Below, piece by piece: positions 19,958-29,503 of a stretch of 64,000 bases of DNA. The translations under genes and the position numbers were made by a program. How positions within the stretch are numbered: position 1 is the first letter of the stretch; each line of letters begins with the position of its first letter. Source of the DNA: Planctomycetota bacterium (GTDB lineage Bacteria; Planctomycetota; JAJSAM01; JAJVHW01); assembly GCA_965248445.1 (NCBI GenBank), contig CBDFJG010000004.1, positions 1,975,880 through 2,039,879 on the forward strand. Reading direction: 5' to 3'. The notes beneath the pieces are model-generated. The model was not told where the DNA came from. It saw only the letters and a program-made list of their open reading frames with translations, and did no database searches.

Positions 19958-22012
19958 ATGACGCGCTCTCCCGCCTCGGCGAGGAGCCTGGCTCTGCCGC
20001 TCCTGCTCCTTCTCGTGCTGCTGGCGCTCCTCGCAGTTCCCGCTCGGGCCGACACGGTGATCCTGAAGAGTGGGAAGAAGCTCAAGAACGTCGTGGTCAG
20101 CAAGCAGGACGACCTCGTCGTCGTCATCAACCCGTTCAATTCCCGTAGTCCGGACATGCACTGGGAGATCCCGTCCAAGAACCGGATCCCGCGCGACCAG
20201 GTGGAGGAGGTCGTGATCTCCGACCCTCCCCTGCACGAGTTGCGGCTCCGCGACGCGCAGGGGGCGCTCGGCGCTGAGGAGCGGCTCGAGCTGGCCGCCA
20301 TCGCCGGCAAGCTGAAGATGAAGAAGGAGCGCGAACGGCAACTGCTCCTCGCGCTGTGCGCCGATCCGGAGAACATCGACGCGCTCAAGGCCGTCGGCGC
20401 GGGCAAGTGGAAGACGTGGTCGCGTTCGCAGCCACTCGCGGACCCGTCGCTCGCCGAACTCGAACGCGAGTACGTCCAGTTGAAGAACCCCGCCGCGCTC
20501 AAGGCGCAGCTCGACATGCTCAAGGACAAGAAGTCGGTGCGCGCGCTCGCCTACCTCGAGCGCGCCCGCCGCTCAGCTGAGCAACCGACGGGCCGACGCG
20601 ACAAGGTGCCGCTTACCCTGCGCAGCCAGGACGCTCCGGGCGCCACGTACTGCATCTACGTTCCGACGAAGTACGACCCGCTCACGCCCACGCCACTCGT
20701 CGTGGCGTTGCACGGCGGCGGCGGGGGAGGCTCCGCGGACGTGATCACGGGCAGCGGCGAGTCCGCGATGAACTTCTACTTCGACATCGCGGAGAAGTGG
20801 GGCTGGATCGTCGTCGCTCCGACGGCCGTAGCGGCACCGTGGGGCGCGAAGAAGAACGAAGCGTGGCTGAACGCGCTGCTCGACGAGATGCACCTGCTCT
20901 ACAACGTCGACGAGACGCGCGTGTACCTCACTGGCCACTCCATGGGCGGCTTCGGCACGTGGTACTGGGGCGCGCAGATGTCCGACGTGTGGGCGGCTTG
21001 CTCGCCGTGCGCCGGCGGTGGCAGCGTCTCGGGCGAACTCGGCACCGGTGTCCCAATCTACATCTACCACGGGGCCGATGACGCTGTCGTCGGACCGGGG
21101 CGCGACCGGTCGTGCGCCAAGTCGCTCGTGGGCGACAAGAAGAAGGACTTCATCTACACGGAGCTCGACGGCGTCGGGCACGGCTTCCCGCGCTGGGTGC
21201 GCGAGGACATCTTCAAGTTCTTCGCTGCGCGCCGGAAGGACAACGGGAAGAGGCGCGCGAACTGGCCCGTGTCGTCGTTCGACCGCAAGGTCGGCAAGGA
21301 CGAGAAGAAGACGTTCGGCGATCCCTCGGTGCCGCCTGCAGCGGACGGCGAGGGCGACGCGAACGTGAAGGAACTCGTCAAGGCGTTGCGCGCGGGCGGA
21401 GGCGGCGGTGCCGCGGCGGTCGAGGAACTCGGCAAGCTCAAGGACGCGAAGACGGTCAAGAGCGTGGCGAGACTGCTCAAACTGAAGGATGCGACGACGG
21501 ACACGCGCGTGCTCGCCGCCCGGACGCTCGGCAAGCACACGGGCGGCGACGACTTCCGCGTACTCGAAGCGGTGGCGACGGCGCTCGGCGAGACGGGTCT
21601 CGAAGACGCTGCGCCGCCGCTCGTCAAGACACTCGCCCGAATCGGCGAGAAGTTCGACGAACAGTTGCAGGGCGGCGGGATGGTGTGGCGCCAGTACGAG
21701 GTGCGCACCGGGTCGCTGACGGTCGCGTGCGATGCGTGCGCCGGCGTCAATAACCCCGACGTGATCCTGCCGGCGCTCGAGAAGGAAGTCGCGAAGCGCG
21801 TGTTCCTCCGCGCCGCGCCGCTCGAGATGCTCTACATCGACAACCGCTTCGTGCGCATCCCGCCGGCGTCGCGACTCGCGCTCGCGAAGGCAATGGCCGG
21901 CGCAGCCCGCGCGCAGGGTGGCGGCGACGAGTTCCTGGCCGCGGTCGGCGCGGCGTGGCGCTCCCGCGAGCCGCAGATCGAGAAGTCGATCGGCGCCGCG
22001 CTCGGCGACTAA
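19958..22012 (+). CDS. Secreted alpha/beta hydrolase (esterase/phospholipase-like) with a C-terminal HEAT-like region
   Basis: Signal peptide; PLVVALHGG, VYLTGHSMGG nucleophile elbow, HGADD.VV and GVGH motifs. Confidence 0.82.
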   Translation: MTRSPASARSLALPLLLLLVLLALLAVPARADTVILKSGKKLKNVVVSKQDDLVVVINPFNSRSPDMHWEIPSKNRIPRDQVEEVVISDPPLHELRLRDAQGALGAEERLELAAIAGKLKMKKERERQLLLALCADPENIDALKAVGAGKWKTWSRSQPLADPSLAELEREYVQLKNPAALKAQLDMLKDKKSVRALAYLERARRSAEQPTGRRDKVPLTLRSQDAPGATYCIYVPTKYDPLTPTPLVVALHGGGGGGSADVITGSGESAMNFYFDIAEKWGWIVVAPTAVAAPWGAKKNEAWLNALLDEMHLLYNVDETRVYLTGHSMGGFGTWYWGAQMSDVWAACSPCAGGGSVSGELGTGVPIYIYHGADDAVVGPGRDRSCAKSLVGDKKKDFIYTELDGVGHGFPRWVREDIFKFFAARRKDNGKRRANWPVSSFDRKVGKDEKKTFGDPSVPPAADGEGDANVKELVKALRAGGGGGAAAVEELGKLKDAKTVKSVARLLKLKDATTDTRVLAARTLGKHTGGDDFRVLEAVATALGETGLEDAAPPLVKTLARIGEKFDEQLQGGGMVWRQYEVRTGSLTVACDACAGVNNPDVILPALEKEVAKRVFLRAAPLEMLYIDNRFVRIPPASRLALAKAMAGAARAQGGGDEFLAAVGAAWRSREPQIEKSIGAALGD

Positions 22013-24240
22013 TCGAGGCCGGCGCCGAACGCGTCGTCCGGTTCTTCGCGCACCTCGACCGGAGTGTCGGCCGCGTCCTCGGCGCCGTCACCGTCGACGT
22101 CGAGCTGACGCCGCGCATCCACCTCGTCGCGATTGACGGCGTCCATCACGGCCTGGACCTTCGCGACGAGGTCTTGCTCCGTATCCGGCAGCGCCCGGCG
22201 GATCTGACGCGCGCACTGCAGCATCAGACGGAACGATCGGACGAGGTCACCCTCGCCGACCGTCGTTACCTCGCCGAGCTTGGTCAGCGGTTCCCCGTCG
22301 AGCCAGAGTTCGAGCGCGCGGGAGAGCGAAAAGTCCGGGCGCATGGTCATGTCGGACAGACCCTCTTCCCACTCGGTCTCTCGGAACTCGTCGATCAGGT
22401 GCGTCGCCCGATCGGCAATGCGGCGGAGTCCCTTCGTCGAGGGACGGTCGGTCGCATGCTGTGGGCGGGGCTCGTAAACCGTTGCGAGGAGGAGCAGGGC
22501 GAGCGAGCGCTCGTCGAGCGCTTCCAGGAAGCCGTGCTCGCGCCACTCGCCGGCCGGGATCTCGTAGCCCTTCACACGCGCAGTGAAGAGCCCCTTCGCC
22601 GTCACCTCGCCGTCTTCGATGTGCCCCGTCCGTGAGAGCACACGCAGCCGGGTCGCGAGGACACGCTCCTCGGTGCTCTTGCCCTGCTTGCCCTTGCCGC
22701 GGCGCTCCCGCTGGAACTTGGCGAAGCTCTTCCGGTACGTCTCGATCACGCGCTCGCCCATTCGCTGATAGAGCGTGAGCAGCGTTCCGTAGTCCGGATC
22801 CCAGCGCGAGGTCACCGGCTCGGGTTTCCCCGTGAGCACGCGCTCGACGCCCCGAGGCCGGTCCTTCGTCGGATCGACACGGGACAGGACGAGTCCGTGC
22901 TCGTCGATGCCCTGCCGTCCAGCCCGTCCGGCCATCTGGCCGTACTCGCGACACAGCATGTAGTCCATCTTCTCGCCGTCGAACTTGCGCAAGCCGGCGA
23001 ACGCAACCGTGCGCGCCGGCATGTTGATCCCGAGTGCGAACGTCGACGTGCAGAACAGCATTCGCACACGGCCCGACGTGAAGAGCCGCTCGACGATCTC
23101 CTTGTAGACGGGGAGCATGCCTGCGTGGTGGTAGCCGACGCCGCTGATGGCCATCCGCCGCAGGCGCTGTAGACCGGGCGTCTTCTTGCAGGCGTACATG
23201 CCGACCAGGTGGTCGAACTGCGCCGCGACGTCCGCGGACGCCGCGTCGTCCAGGAGTTGGCGGCGCATGTTGTCGCCGGCCAGCTCCTCGCACTCACGAC
23301 GGCTGAAGCAGAAGTAGAGCGCAGGCAGGAGCTCCTGCGACTCGAGCCAGTCCAGGAGCCGCGTCGGACGGCGTTCCCGCCGCATGACGCGGCGCTCGCG
23401 GAACGGCTTGCGCAGCACGTCCATCGCCTCTTGGCGGCGGACCGGCCCGAGATCCGGCACCCAGCACATGTGGTCGAGCGGCACGGGCCGATCGTTCATC
23501 TCGACGACCGTGACCTTCTCGCCCCGCACGGTCTCGATCCAGGCGGCGAGTTCCCGCACGTTGGGCACCGTGGCCGAGAGTGCCACCAGCCGCATCTGTG
23601 GCGGCGCGTGGATGATGCTCTCCTCCCACACGGTGCCGCGCTGGACGTCGTCGAGGAAGTGCACCTCGTCGTGGACCACGAAGCGGAACTCACGAAGCCG
23701 CTCCGGCTCGTCGAACAGCGTGTTGCGAAACACCTCCGTCGTCATGATCAGGAGATCTGCGTCCGGGTTGATCGTGACGTCGCCGGTCATGATCCCCACC
23801 CGGTCGCCGTGCTCCGCTCGGAAGTCGCGGAACTTCTGATTGGAGAGCGCCTTGATCGGGGCGGTGTAGACCGAGCGCCAGCCCTCGGAGAACGCGACCT
23901 CGATCGCGTAGTCCGCGACGAGCGTCTTCCCGGCGCCGGTGGGTGCCGACACCAGGACGCTGTTGCCCGCGGCGACGGCGTCCACGGCGCGGGCCTGGAA
24001 CGGATACAGGTTCAAGTCGCGGAATGTGCGGTCCGTCGGCTCGAGAGATGCGGGGCGCGCTGCCGCCGGCGGGGGGCGGTAGGGCGCCGGTTCGCGAACA
24101 GGCGGTTGCTCAGCGTCCGGGCGCCCGCGGCCGCCCTTCGCGCCGCGGGGATGGCGGCCGCGCGAGTCCTCGGAGCTGCGCTGTCCGCGCCGGCGTCCGC
24201 CCCGCGGTCCCTGGGGTCGGCGATTCGCGCCACGGGCCAT
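22009..24240 (-). CDS. Ski2/HelY-like DEAD/DEAH-box RNA helicase
   Basis: APTGAGKT, PIKALSNQK, DEVH, LSAT, HHAGMLP, GINMPART and QMAGRAGRQG motifs; DSHCT-like C-terminus EGDLVR. Confidence 0.93.
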   Translation of the reverse strand: MARGANRRPQGPRGGRRRGQRSSEDSRGRHPRGAKGGRGRPDAEQPPVREPAPYRPPPAAARPASLEPTDRTFRDLNLYPFQARAVDAVAAGNSVLVSAPTGAGKTLVADYAIEVAFSEGWRSVYTAPIKALSNQKFRDFRAEHGDRVGIMTGDVTINPDADLLIMTTEVFRNTLFDEPERLREFRFVVHDEVHFLDDVQRGTVWEESIIHAPPQMRLVALSATVPNVRELAAWIETVRGEKVTVVEMNDRPVPLDHMCWVPDLGPVRRQEAMDVLRKPFRERRVMRRERRPTRLLDWLESQELLPALYFCFSRRECEELAGDNMRRQLLDDAASADVAAQFDHLVGMYACKKTPGLQRLRRMAISGVGYHHAGMLPVYKEIVERLFTSGRVRMLFCTSTFALGINMPARTVAFAGLRKFDGEKMDYMLCREYGQMAGRAGRQGIDEHGLVLSRVDPTKDRPRGVERVLTGKPEPVTSRWDPDYGTLLTLYQRMGERVIETYRKSFAKFQRERRGKGKQGKSTEERVLATRLRVLSRTGHIEDGEVTAKGLFTARVKGYEIPAGEWREHGFLEALDERSLALLLLATVYEPRPQHATDRPSTKGLRRIADRATHLIDEFRETEWEEGLSDMTMRPDFSLSRALELWLDGEPLTKLGEVTTVGEGDLVRSFRLMLQCARQIRRALPDTEQDLVAKVQAVMDAVNRDEVDARRQLDVDGDGAEDAADTPVEVREEPDDAFGAGLD

Positions 24241-24318
24241 GGCGTCAATGATGCCCCGGGCGGGGCACGGCGGCGCGGAATGCGGCAGCGCCGCTCCGTC
24301 CGCTACCTGCTCCGTCTG

Positions 24319-26097
24319 CTACTTGGGGGAGTCGGTCGCGGCCGAGAGCTCGATGCCGGAGATACGGCCGTGGCGCCCGACCAGGAGCGTGACGTGCATG
24401 CCGTTCAGCGTCTCGGAGTGCAACTCGTTCGGGCGGCGATCTTCGTTGCTCCGGCGGCGGGGCGCCACCACGGTGTTGAACGCGAGGGGCGACTGGTCGA
24501 TCTCCTCGTCAGCGAACTCGCCGACGTGGACACCGAACACGTCACCGGTGTAGGCCGACGTGAAGAACACGTGCGTCACTGTGGTGCCGTCGTGCACGGC
24601 GCTGACGCCAGTCGAGGCGTCCAGTGACGCCGCGGCTGCGGGCTCGGCGCCCGGAAGGACGGTCACCGACGTCTGGATCTCCGCGGGGTCGAGGCGAAGG
24701 CGCGCGTTCGATATCGCGGTGTCGGGGTTGTCGTGGATCGGAACCAGCATGTGGAGCGACTTCCACGGGAGGACCTCGGCGCCGGTGTCGGTGTGAAGCG
24801 CCAGCGAGTACGCGGTGACCGCGGCGACGCGGGCGACATTCGAGCGGCGGACGATCGCATCCTCGAACGTCTCGGCGTGGCGTACCTTGACGACATCGCC
24901 GATGCGCATCTCGATGGCCGTCTCACGGAAGTTCAGCTTCACGCGGCGGATCTCGGCGATGGCGGCCTTGCGCGCGACCCGCACATCCACTTTCCCGTCG
25001 AGGTCGGTGTCGAGTCCAAGCGTCCGCTCCATCGACTCCTTGACGTAGCGGCCGACAACCTGCTTCTTCTCCGGCCACATCGTGATCGCGATCGGTTCGT
25101 CGTCGAGCAGCGTGCGCAACGCGAGTGTCACGTCGGTGCTCTTGAGGAGTCCGTCGACCTTGCGGATGGAGCGAACGTAGATCGGCGCCTGGTCGGTGCT
25201 GCCGTCGTCGTTGACGACTGTCAGGAACACGCGGTCGCTGCTCGCACCCTCGAAACGGCCCTGCCGAACGGTTCCGTCGTGCATGTGCAGGCGCAGCCAG
25301 TCGTCGTTCTCGATGCCGTCGAACATGCGCTTGCGGTCGAGCGGGTCGTTGACGGTCACGTGCCGCTTGATGTCGGTGAGGCGGACGCCGACGCGCTCTT
25401 CCTTGTCACCTCTGGTGACGACGAGCCACGCGGTGCGAACTCCCGCCATCTCGAGAACGGCGGAGGTGCGTGCGCCGAGTTCGATGGCGCTGTCGAGTCC
25501 GGGCACCGCGCGCGGCGCCTCGAAGATGATCAACTCGGTACCGGGCGCGAGCGATGTGAGACTCTGTGCCTGGCTCGCGTCCGCTCCCTCGGGCTCATCC
25601 GTTCTGGGGACGACCGGGTCGGCCGGCGCGTCCGGCACCGCGGAGGTCCTGCGCACGATGCGGGAGCGGCGGCGACTGCGGGTTCGCGCGGCTGCGTCGG
25701 CCGCCGCGGCAGCATCCGCGACCGGGTCGTCCGCTTCCGGCTGATCGCCCGCGCCGTCGGCTGGGGGATCGTCGTCCTTCGTCTCCGGAGGATCGGCCTT
25801 CACAGGCCGGTCGATCTTGCGCGGACGGTTGGGCCTTGCCGTGTCGCTCTTCTCGTCCGTCTTCGCTGGTTCGTCACTGACGGGGTCGCCATCGTGGATC
25901 ACGTCGCGCACGTCGGCGCGGGCGATCCGGATGCGGCCGAGTTGCGTCTCGAGAACGACGTAGCGCTTGTCCTCGGAGACGACCTTGCCTGTGCGGATAC
26001 GGCCGTCGATGAGGATGACCTCGTCCGCGCGGGCGTGGGGCACCGCGAGGCCCAGGCCGAGCAGGGCGATGAGGAGCGGAAGACGTCGTGAGCGCAT
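24319..26097 (-). CDS. Secreted hypothetical protein
   Basis: Signal peptide ending ARA-D, D.VIL.DGR...G.VV module, Pro/Asp-rich linker; GGAGG upstream. Confidence 0.7.
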   Translation of the reverse strand: MRSRRLPLLIALLGLGLAVPHARADEVILIDGRIRTGKVVSEDKRYVVLETQLGRIRIARADVRDVIHDGDPVSDEPAKTDEKSDTARPNRPRKIDRPVKADPPETKDDDPPADGAGDQPEADDPVADAAAAADAAARTRSRRRSRIVRRTSAVPDAPADPVVPRTDEPEGADASQAQSLTSLAPGTELIIFEAPRAVPGLDSAIELGARTSAVLEMAGVRTAWLVVTRGDKEERVGVRLTDIKRHVTVNDPLDRKRMFDGIENDDWLRLHMHDGTVRQGRFEGASSDRVFLTVVNDDGSTDQAPIYVRSIRKVDGLLKSTDVTLALRTLLDDEPIAITMWPEKKQVVGRYVKESMERTLGLDTDLDGKVDVRVARKAAIAEIRRVKLNFRETAIEMRIGDVVKVRHAETFEDAIVRRSNVARVAAVTAYSLALHTDTGAEVLPWKSLHMLVPIHDNPDTAISNARLRLDPAEIQTSVTVLPGAEPAAAASLDASTGVSAVHDGTTVTHVFFTSAYTGDVFGVHVGEFADEEIDQSPLAFNTVVAPRRRSNEDRRPNELHSETLNGMHVTLLVGRHGRISGIELSAATDSPK

Positions 26098-26217
26098 GGG
26101 AAACCTCCGGAGACGGTCTCTTCAGCATCGGCATCCCCCCCGGGCTCGCTTGAGCCTAGGTGCAGGCTCGCGGGAGGACCGTAGACTGGAGCGCCCCTGG
26201 CTGGTCGGAGGTGGAGC

Positions 26218-26604
26218 ATGTGGAATACGAAAACGCGCGATTCGAGGCCTCGCGAGCAGGCGGACCGAGGCCGGGGGGTCTCGGCCGCCGCCGTGGCTGT
26301 CCTCGGGCTGGCCTCGCTGGTCGCCCTGGCGGGCTGTCAGTCGGCGAAGGAGGCGTACGCCGACACCTTCCTCGCCGGCCGCACGATCACATATGACGAG
26401 TACCTCGAGCTGAACGTCGAAGGGACGCCCGCGACGACGGTGGAGGACGTGATCCTCAGCCTCGGGAAGCCCTCCTCGGTGCACGACCGCAACGGCGCCC
26501 GGCGCCGGCTCGACTACCACGCCTTCTCGATGACCGGTGAGCTCAAGCGCGCCGAGTTCCACTTCGACCGGGAGGAGCGCCTCACCAAGAAGGCGATGTG
26601 GTGA
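26218..26604 (+). CDS. Small lipoprotein (BamE/SmpA-like signature)
   Basis: LAGC lipobox; T.EDVI..LGKP motif. Confidence 0.6.
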   Translation: MWNTKTRDSRPREQADRGRGVSAAAVAVLGLASLVALAGCQSAKEAYADTFLAGRTITYDEYLELNVEGTPATTVEDVILSLGKPSSVHDRNGARRRLDYHAFSMTGELKRAEFHFDREERLTKKAMW

Positions 26605-26640
26605 CTCGACCACACCCGTGCGACCCGGCGGGCTGATCGG

Positions 26641-27807
26641 ATGAGCGGACGCCTGCTCAATATCGCGGCGATCGCTGGTGCGGTCGTTGCAACGCTCGCA
26701 CTGGCGGCACAGGAACGCGTTGATCCGGATCCGCCACCGGCGTCGTCCGTGTGGGTTGTGGGGGACATGCACGTGCACGTCTCTCCACCCGACGCGCCGG
26801 GCCACTCCACGCTGAGCGTCGCCAAGGCCATCCGCGTGGCTCAGAGGAACGCACTCGACTTCGTGGTCATGACGCCGCACGACGCGAATCGCGTGTTGTC
26901 GGCGGACGAGTGGGGCGGAGACCGCGCGCTCAGCGGGCAGGATGCGGTGTCCGAACTGGCATCCCAGTTCGCGGGGAAGAGCGTGAAGCCCCCGCGCCGG
27001 CCGCTCGTCGTCTCCGGCTGGGAGTGGACCCGCGACGTCCCGGGACACCTCGGCATCGCGTTCGTCGACGTGGCCGGCCTCGACGGCGTGAAGCCGCATG
27101 CCCGCGCGCGAAGGGCGATGGAGGAGGGCGCGCTGGTCGTCGTCAACCACCCATTCTTCGGTCCCGTCGAGTCCGAACTCCCGGTGATGAAGATGGTCAA
27201 GACCGACAGGCGGTGGCGACCGTTCGCCGGGCTCGGCGAGGACGACGGGCTGTGGAACGCGATCGAGGTGTGGCACGACCGCTCTGTCTGGGTGGAGAAG
27301 ATGCACGTGAAACTCGCGGAGAAGTACCCCGCGACGCAGATGGTGCGGTCGGCGCTGAAGGCGTGGGACGCGGCGACGCTGACTGGGCGCCGCCGGATCA
27401 CGGCAGTCGGGGGCTCCGACGCACACGGCAAGCTGCCCTACACGATTGCACCGATGCCCGTGGTCAGCGTCTACGTGGACGAGTTGACCGAGGAGTCGCT
27501 CCGGCGGGGGTTGCTCGCCGCGCGCGTCACGTTCGGGGCGGGCGGCGGTGTCGCGGCGCGGGACTTCACCGCCACCAGTGACGTCGAGGGCGAGCGCGCG
27601 CGCATCGGCGACTCGCTGCGTGCCAAGAAGACCGTCGCGCTCGCGTGGACCGGCAAGGCGCGTCTCGTCGAGAACGGCGCGGACGTGGGAGAGTTCGACG
27701 GCGGAGCGGCGCGGAGTCTGTGGGCGCCGGGCGCATTCGCGTTCTGGCGCATCGAGAAATCCGGCGACGCGTACTCGAACATGATCTACGCGAACCTCCC
27801 CGAATAG
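26641..27807 (+). CDS. Secreted PHP-like metallohydrolase (CehA/McbA-like)
   Basis: GDMHVH, LDFVVMTPHD, G.EWT...GH, NHP and GGSDAH motifs. Confidence 0.8.
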   Translation: MSGRLLNIAAIAGAVVATLALAAQERVDPDPPPASSVWVVGDMHVHVSPPDAPGHSTLSVAKAIRVAQRNALDFVVMTPHDANRVLSADEWGGDRALSGQDAVSELASQFAGKSVKPPRRPLVVSGWEWTRDVPGHLGIAFVDVAGLDGVKPHARARRAMEEGALVVVNHPFFGPVESELPVMKMVKTDRRWRPFAGLGEDDGLWNAIEVWHDRSVWVEKMHVKLAEKYPATQMVRSALKAWDAATLTGRRRITAVGGSDAHGKLPYTIAPMPVVSVYVDELTEESLRRGLLAARVTFGAGGGVAARDFTATSDVEGERARIGDSLRAKKTVALAWTGKARLVENGADVGEFDGGAARSLWAPGAFAFWRIEKSGDAYSNMIYANLPE

Positions 27808-28176
27808 CGATCACCGAGCCGCCGCCGCCTCTGAACGGGAAGGAGTCGATGACGGCCAACGTGAGAGGTCAGTCGAACTTCAAGGGCCAGACGATCGGTT
27901 TTGCGGGCACGGACGAGGGCGATCGCGTTGGAGTCGGCGGCGCCATGGCGAAGAACCACCACTTCGAGCGGCACGTTCCCGCCGGACGTGACGATCGACC
28001 TGTTCCAACTCGGCACTGGTGACGGCACCAGCGCCTCGGTGACGCTGACGGGCTACGACCCGGTCTCGAAGAAGCTCGCGGGCACGTTTGCGGCGACGTT
28101 GAAGAAGGCCGGCGGCGCGGAGACGGTCACGATCTCCGGCGGCAAGTTCCTGGTCGCTCTGAACGACAACCAGTAG
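27808..28176 (+). pseudogene. Remnant of a paralog of the downstream IPT/TIG protein (C-terminal domain only, frameshifted)
   Basis: ITEPPPPLNGKESMTANVRG aligns with VTAPTPPISGSDRISGSVNG; SASVTLTGYDPVSKKLAGTF..GGKFLVALNDNQ* aligns with SATVTIEEWDPANRRVKGTF..NGDFLVTLTDDRL*. Confidence 0.65.
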
Positions 28177-28204
28177 CTCGCCCTCGGTACCCACCACCAA
28201 TTGC

Positions 28205-28240
28205 CGCCCCGGCGGGCCGGGACTCGCCGGGGCGTCTCTC
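28205..28240 (+). terminator. GC-rich hairpin, possible intrinsic terminator
   Basis: CGCCCCGGCG ... CGCCGGGGCG followed by TCTCTC. Confidence 0.5.
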
Positions 28241-28377
28241 GTTGTGCCCCCGGATCGAGACGCTTGACACGTCCCGTCTCCGTCCCTGAACGTGTGCGCG
28301 GATTGGGTTGGAGGAAGAGCGGGAGTGCGATGGCCCAGGAGCGCCTGCGGCCCGCCGTGTGCCTGGGAGGCAACATC

Positions 28378-29424
28378 ATGAGATTCCGTAGTGCGGTGCC
28401 GATCGGCGCCTTCGTCGTTTGTGCCTTGTTCGCGTTCGCCACGGCCGCGCAGTCGGTCCTCGGTGTGGCGACCGGGCACCCGGTCGACTTCACCGACGTA
28501 GCGGATCTCGGTACGAAGAAACCGAAGGTCAAGGCGGTCTACACGGGTGGGCTCATCTCTGCCAAGGGCGACCCCAAGCTCAAGCTGAAGGTCACCGAGT
28601 TCACGGCGAACTCCTTCAGCGTCATCGTGAAGAAGGCGAAGGGCTCGGGCAACTTCGACATCCAGGTCAAGCCCAAGGGTGGCGACACGTTCATCGCGGG
28701 CAACCTCAATGTGTTTGCGTCGCAGCCGACGTCGACGAACACCGACACGGTGGCACCGAAGGGTGAGCTGACCGTGACGGGAACGTTCTTCGGCTCGAAG
28801 AAGCCCAAGGTGTTCATCAACGGGAAGAAGGGAAAGACGCTCGAGTTCAGTGACACCAGTATCACAGTGCGCGCGCACAAGAAGACTCCGGGTGGCATGG
28901 CCGACATCGTCGTCGCGAACAAGACCGGCGAGGGAACCCTGGCCGACGCCGTGACGGTGACCGCGCCGACGCCGCCGATCTCGGGCAGCGACCGCATCTC
29001 GGGAAGCGTCAACGGCGACTACAAGACCCGGCTCAAGATGAGCAATAACGAGGTGCGCGGGAGCTGGAAGGGCGCCGCCGGGTTCACGATGTTCGGCAAG
29101 CAGGAGACGAGGAGCCTCGACGAGGAGGTCGACATCCGCTTGAACGTCGACCTCGACAATGCCGTGCTGCCGCTCGTCGTCAATGTGGATGTGAACGCGG
29201 GAGAGAAGTGCGACTTCGAGTGGTCTGACTTCGTCTTCAAGCTCTACGGCCTCGATCCGGCCGGCAACTCGACGAGCGCCACCGTGACGATCGAGGAGTG
29301 GGATCCCGCGAACAGGCGCGTCAAGGGCACCTTTGAGGCGGAGCTCTACGACCAGGTGTCGGGAGACCGCGTCAGTGTCGGCAACGGCGACTTCCTGGTC
29401 ACGCTGACCGACGACCGTCTCTAG
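28378..29424 (+). CDS. Secreted IPT/TIG (Ig-like) domain protein
   Basis: GGGAGG and ATG at 28378, signal peptide; ELTVTGTFFGSKKPKVFING...SDTSITV IPT-like strands. Confidence 0.75.
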   Translation: MRFRSAVPIGAFVVCALFAFATAAQSVLGVATGHPVDFTDVADLGTKKPKVKAVYTGGLISAKGDPKLKLKVTEFTANSFSVIVKKAKGSGNFDIQVKPKGGDTFIAGNLNVFASQPTSTNTDTVAPKGELTVTGTFFGSKKPKVFINGKKGKTLEFSDTSITVRAHKKTPGGMADIVVANKTGEGTLADAVTVTAPTPPISGSDRISGSVNGDYKTRLKMSNNEVRGSWKGAAGFTMFGKQETRSLDEEVDIRLNVDLDNAVLPLVVNVDVNAGEKCDFEWSDFVFKLYGLDPAGNSTSATVTIEEWDPANRRVKGTFEAELYDQVSGDRVSVGNGDFLVTLTDDRL

Positions 29425-29448
29425 AAGCTCGGCCCACTCGTCACTTCC

Positions 29449-29479
29449 CGGCCCCGGCGTGCCTCGCACGCCGGGGCCG
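29449..29479. terminator. Perfect 14-bp stem hairpin
   Basis: CGGCCCCGGCGTGC-CTC-GCACGCCGGGGCCG with no clear U tract. Confidence 0.5.
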
Positions 29480-29503
29480 CCCTCGTCGTAGACTGCGCTC
29501 GCG

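Noticed and set aside
28264..28276. TTGACACGTCCCG identical to the IS3 right end
   Set aside because: Only 13 bp with no further IS similarity; equally explained as a -35 box upstream of the IPT gene or as chance.
29425..29503. SAM riboswitch upstream of yitJ
   Set aside because: The intergenic region is only about 80 bp and is mostly one simple hairpin with no S-box consensus.
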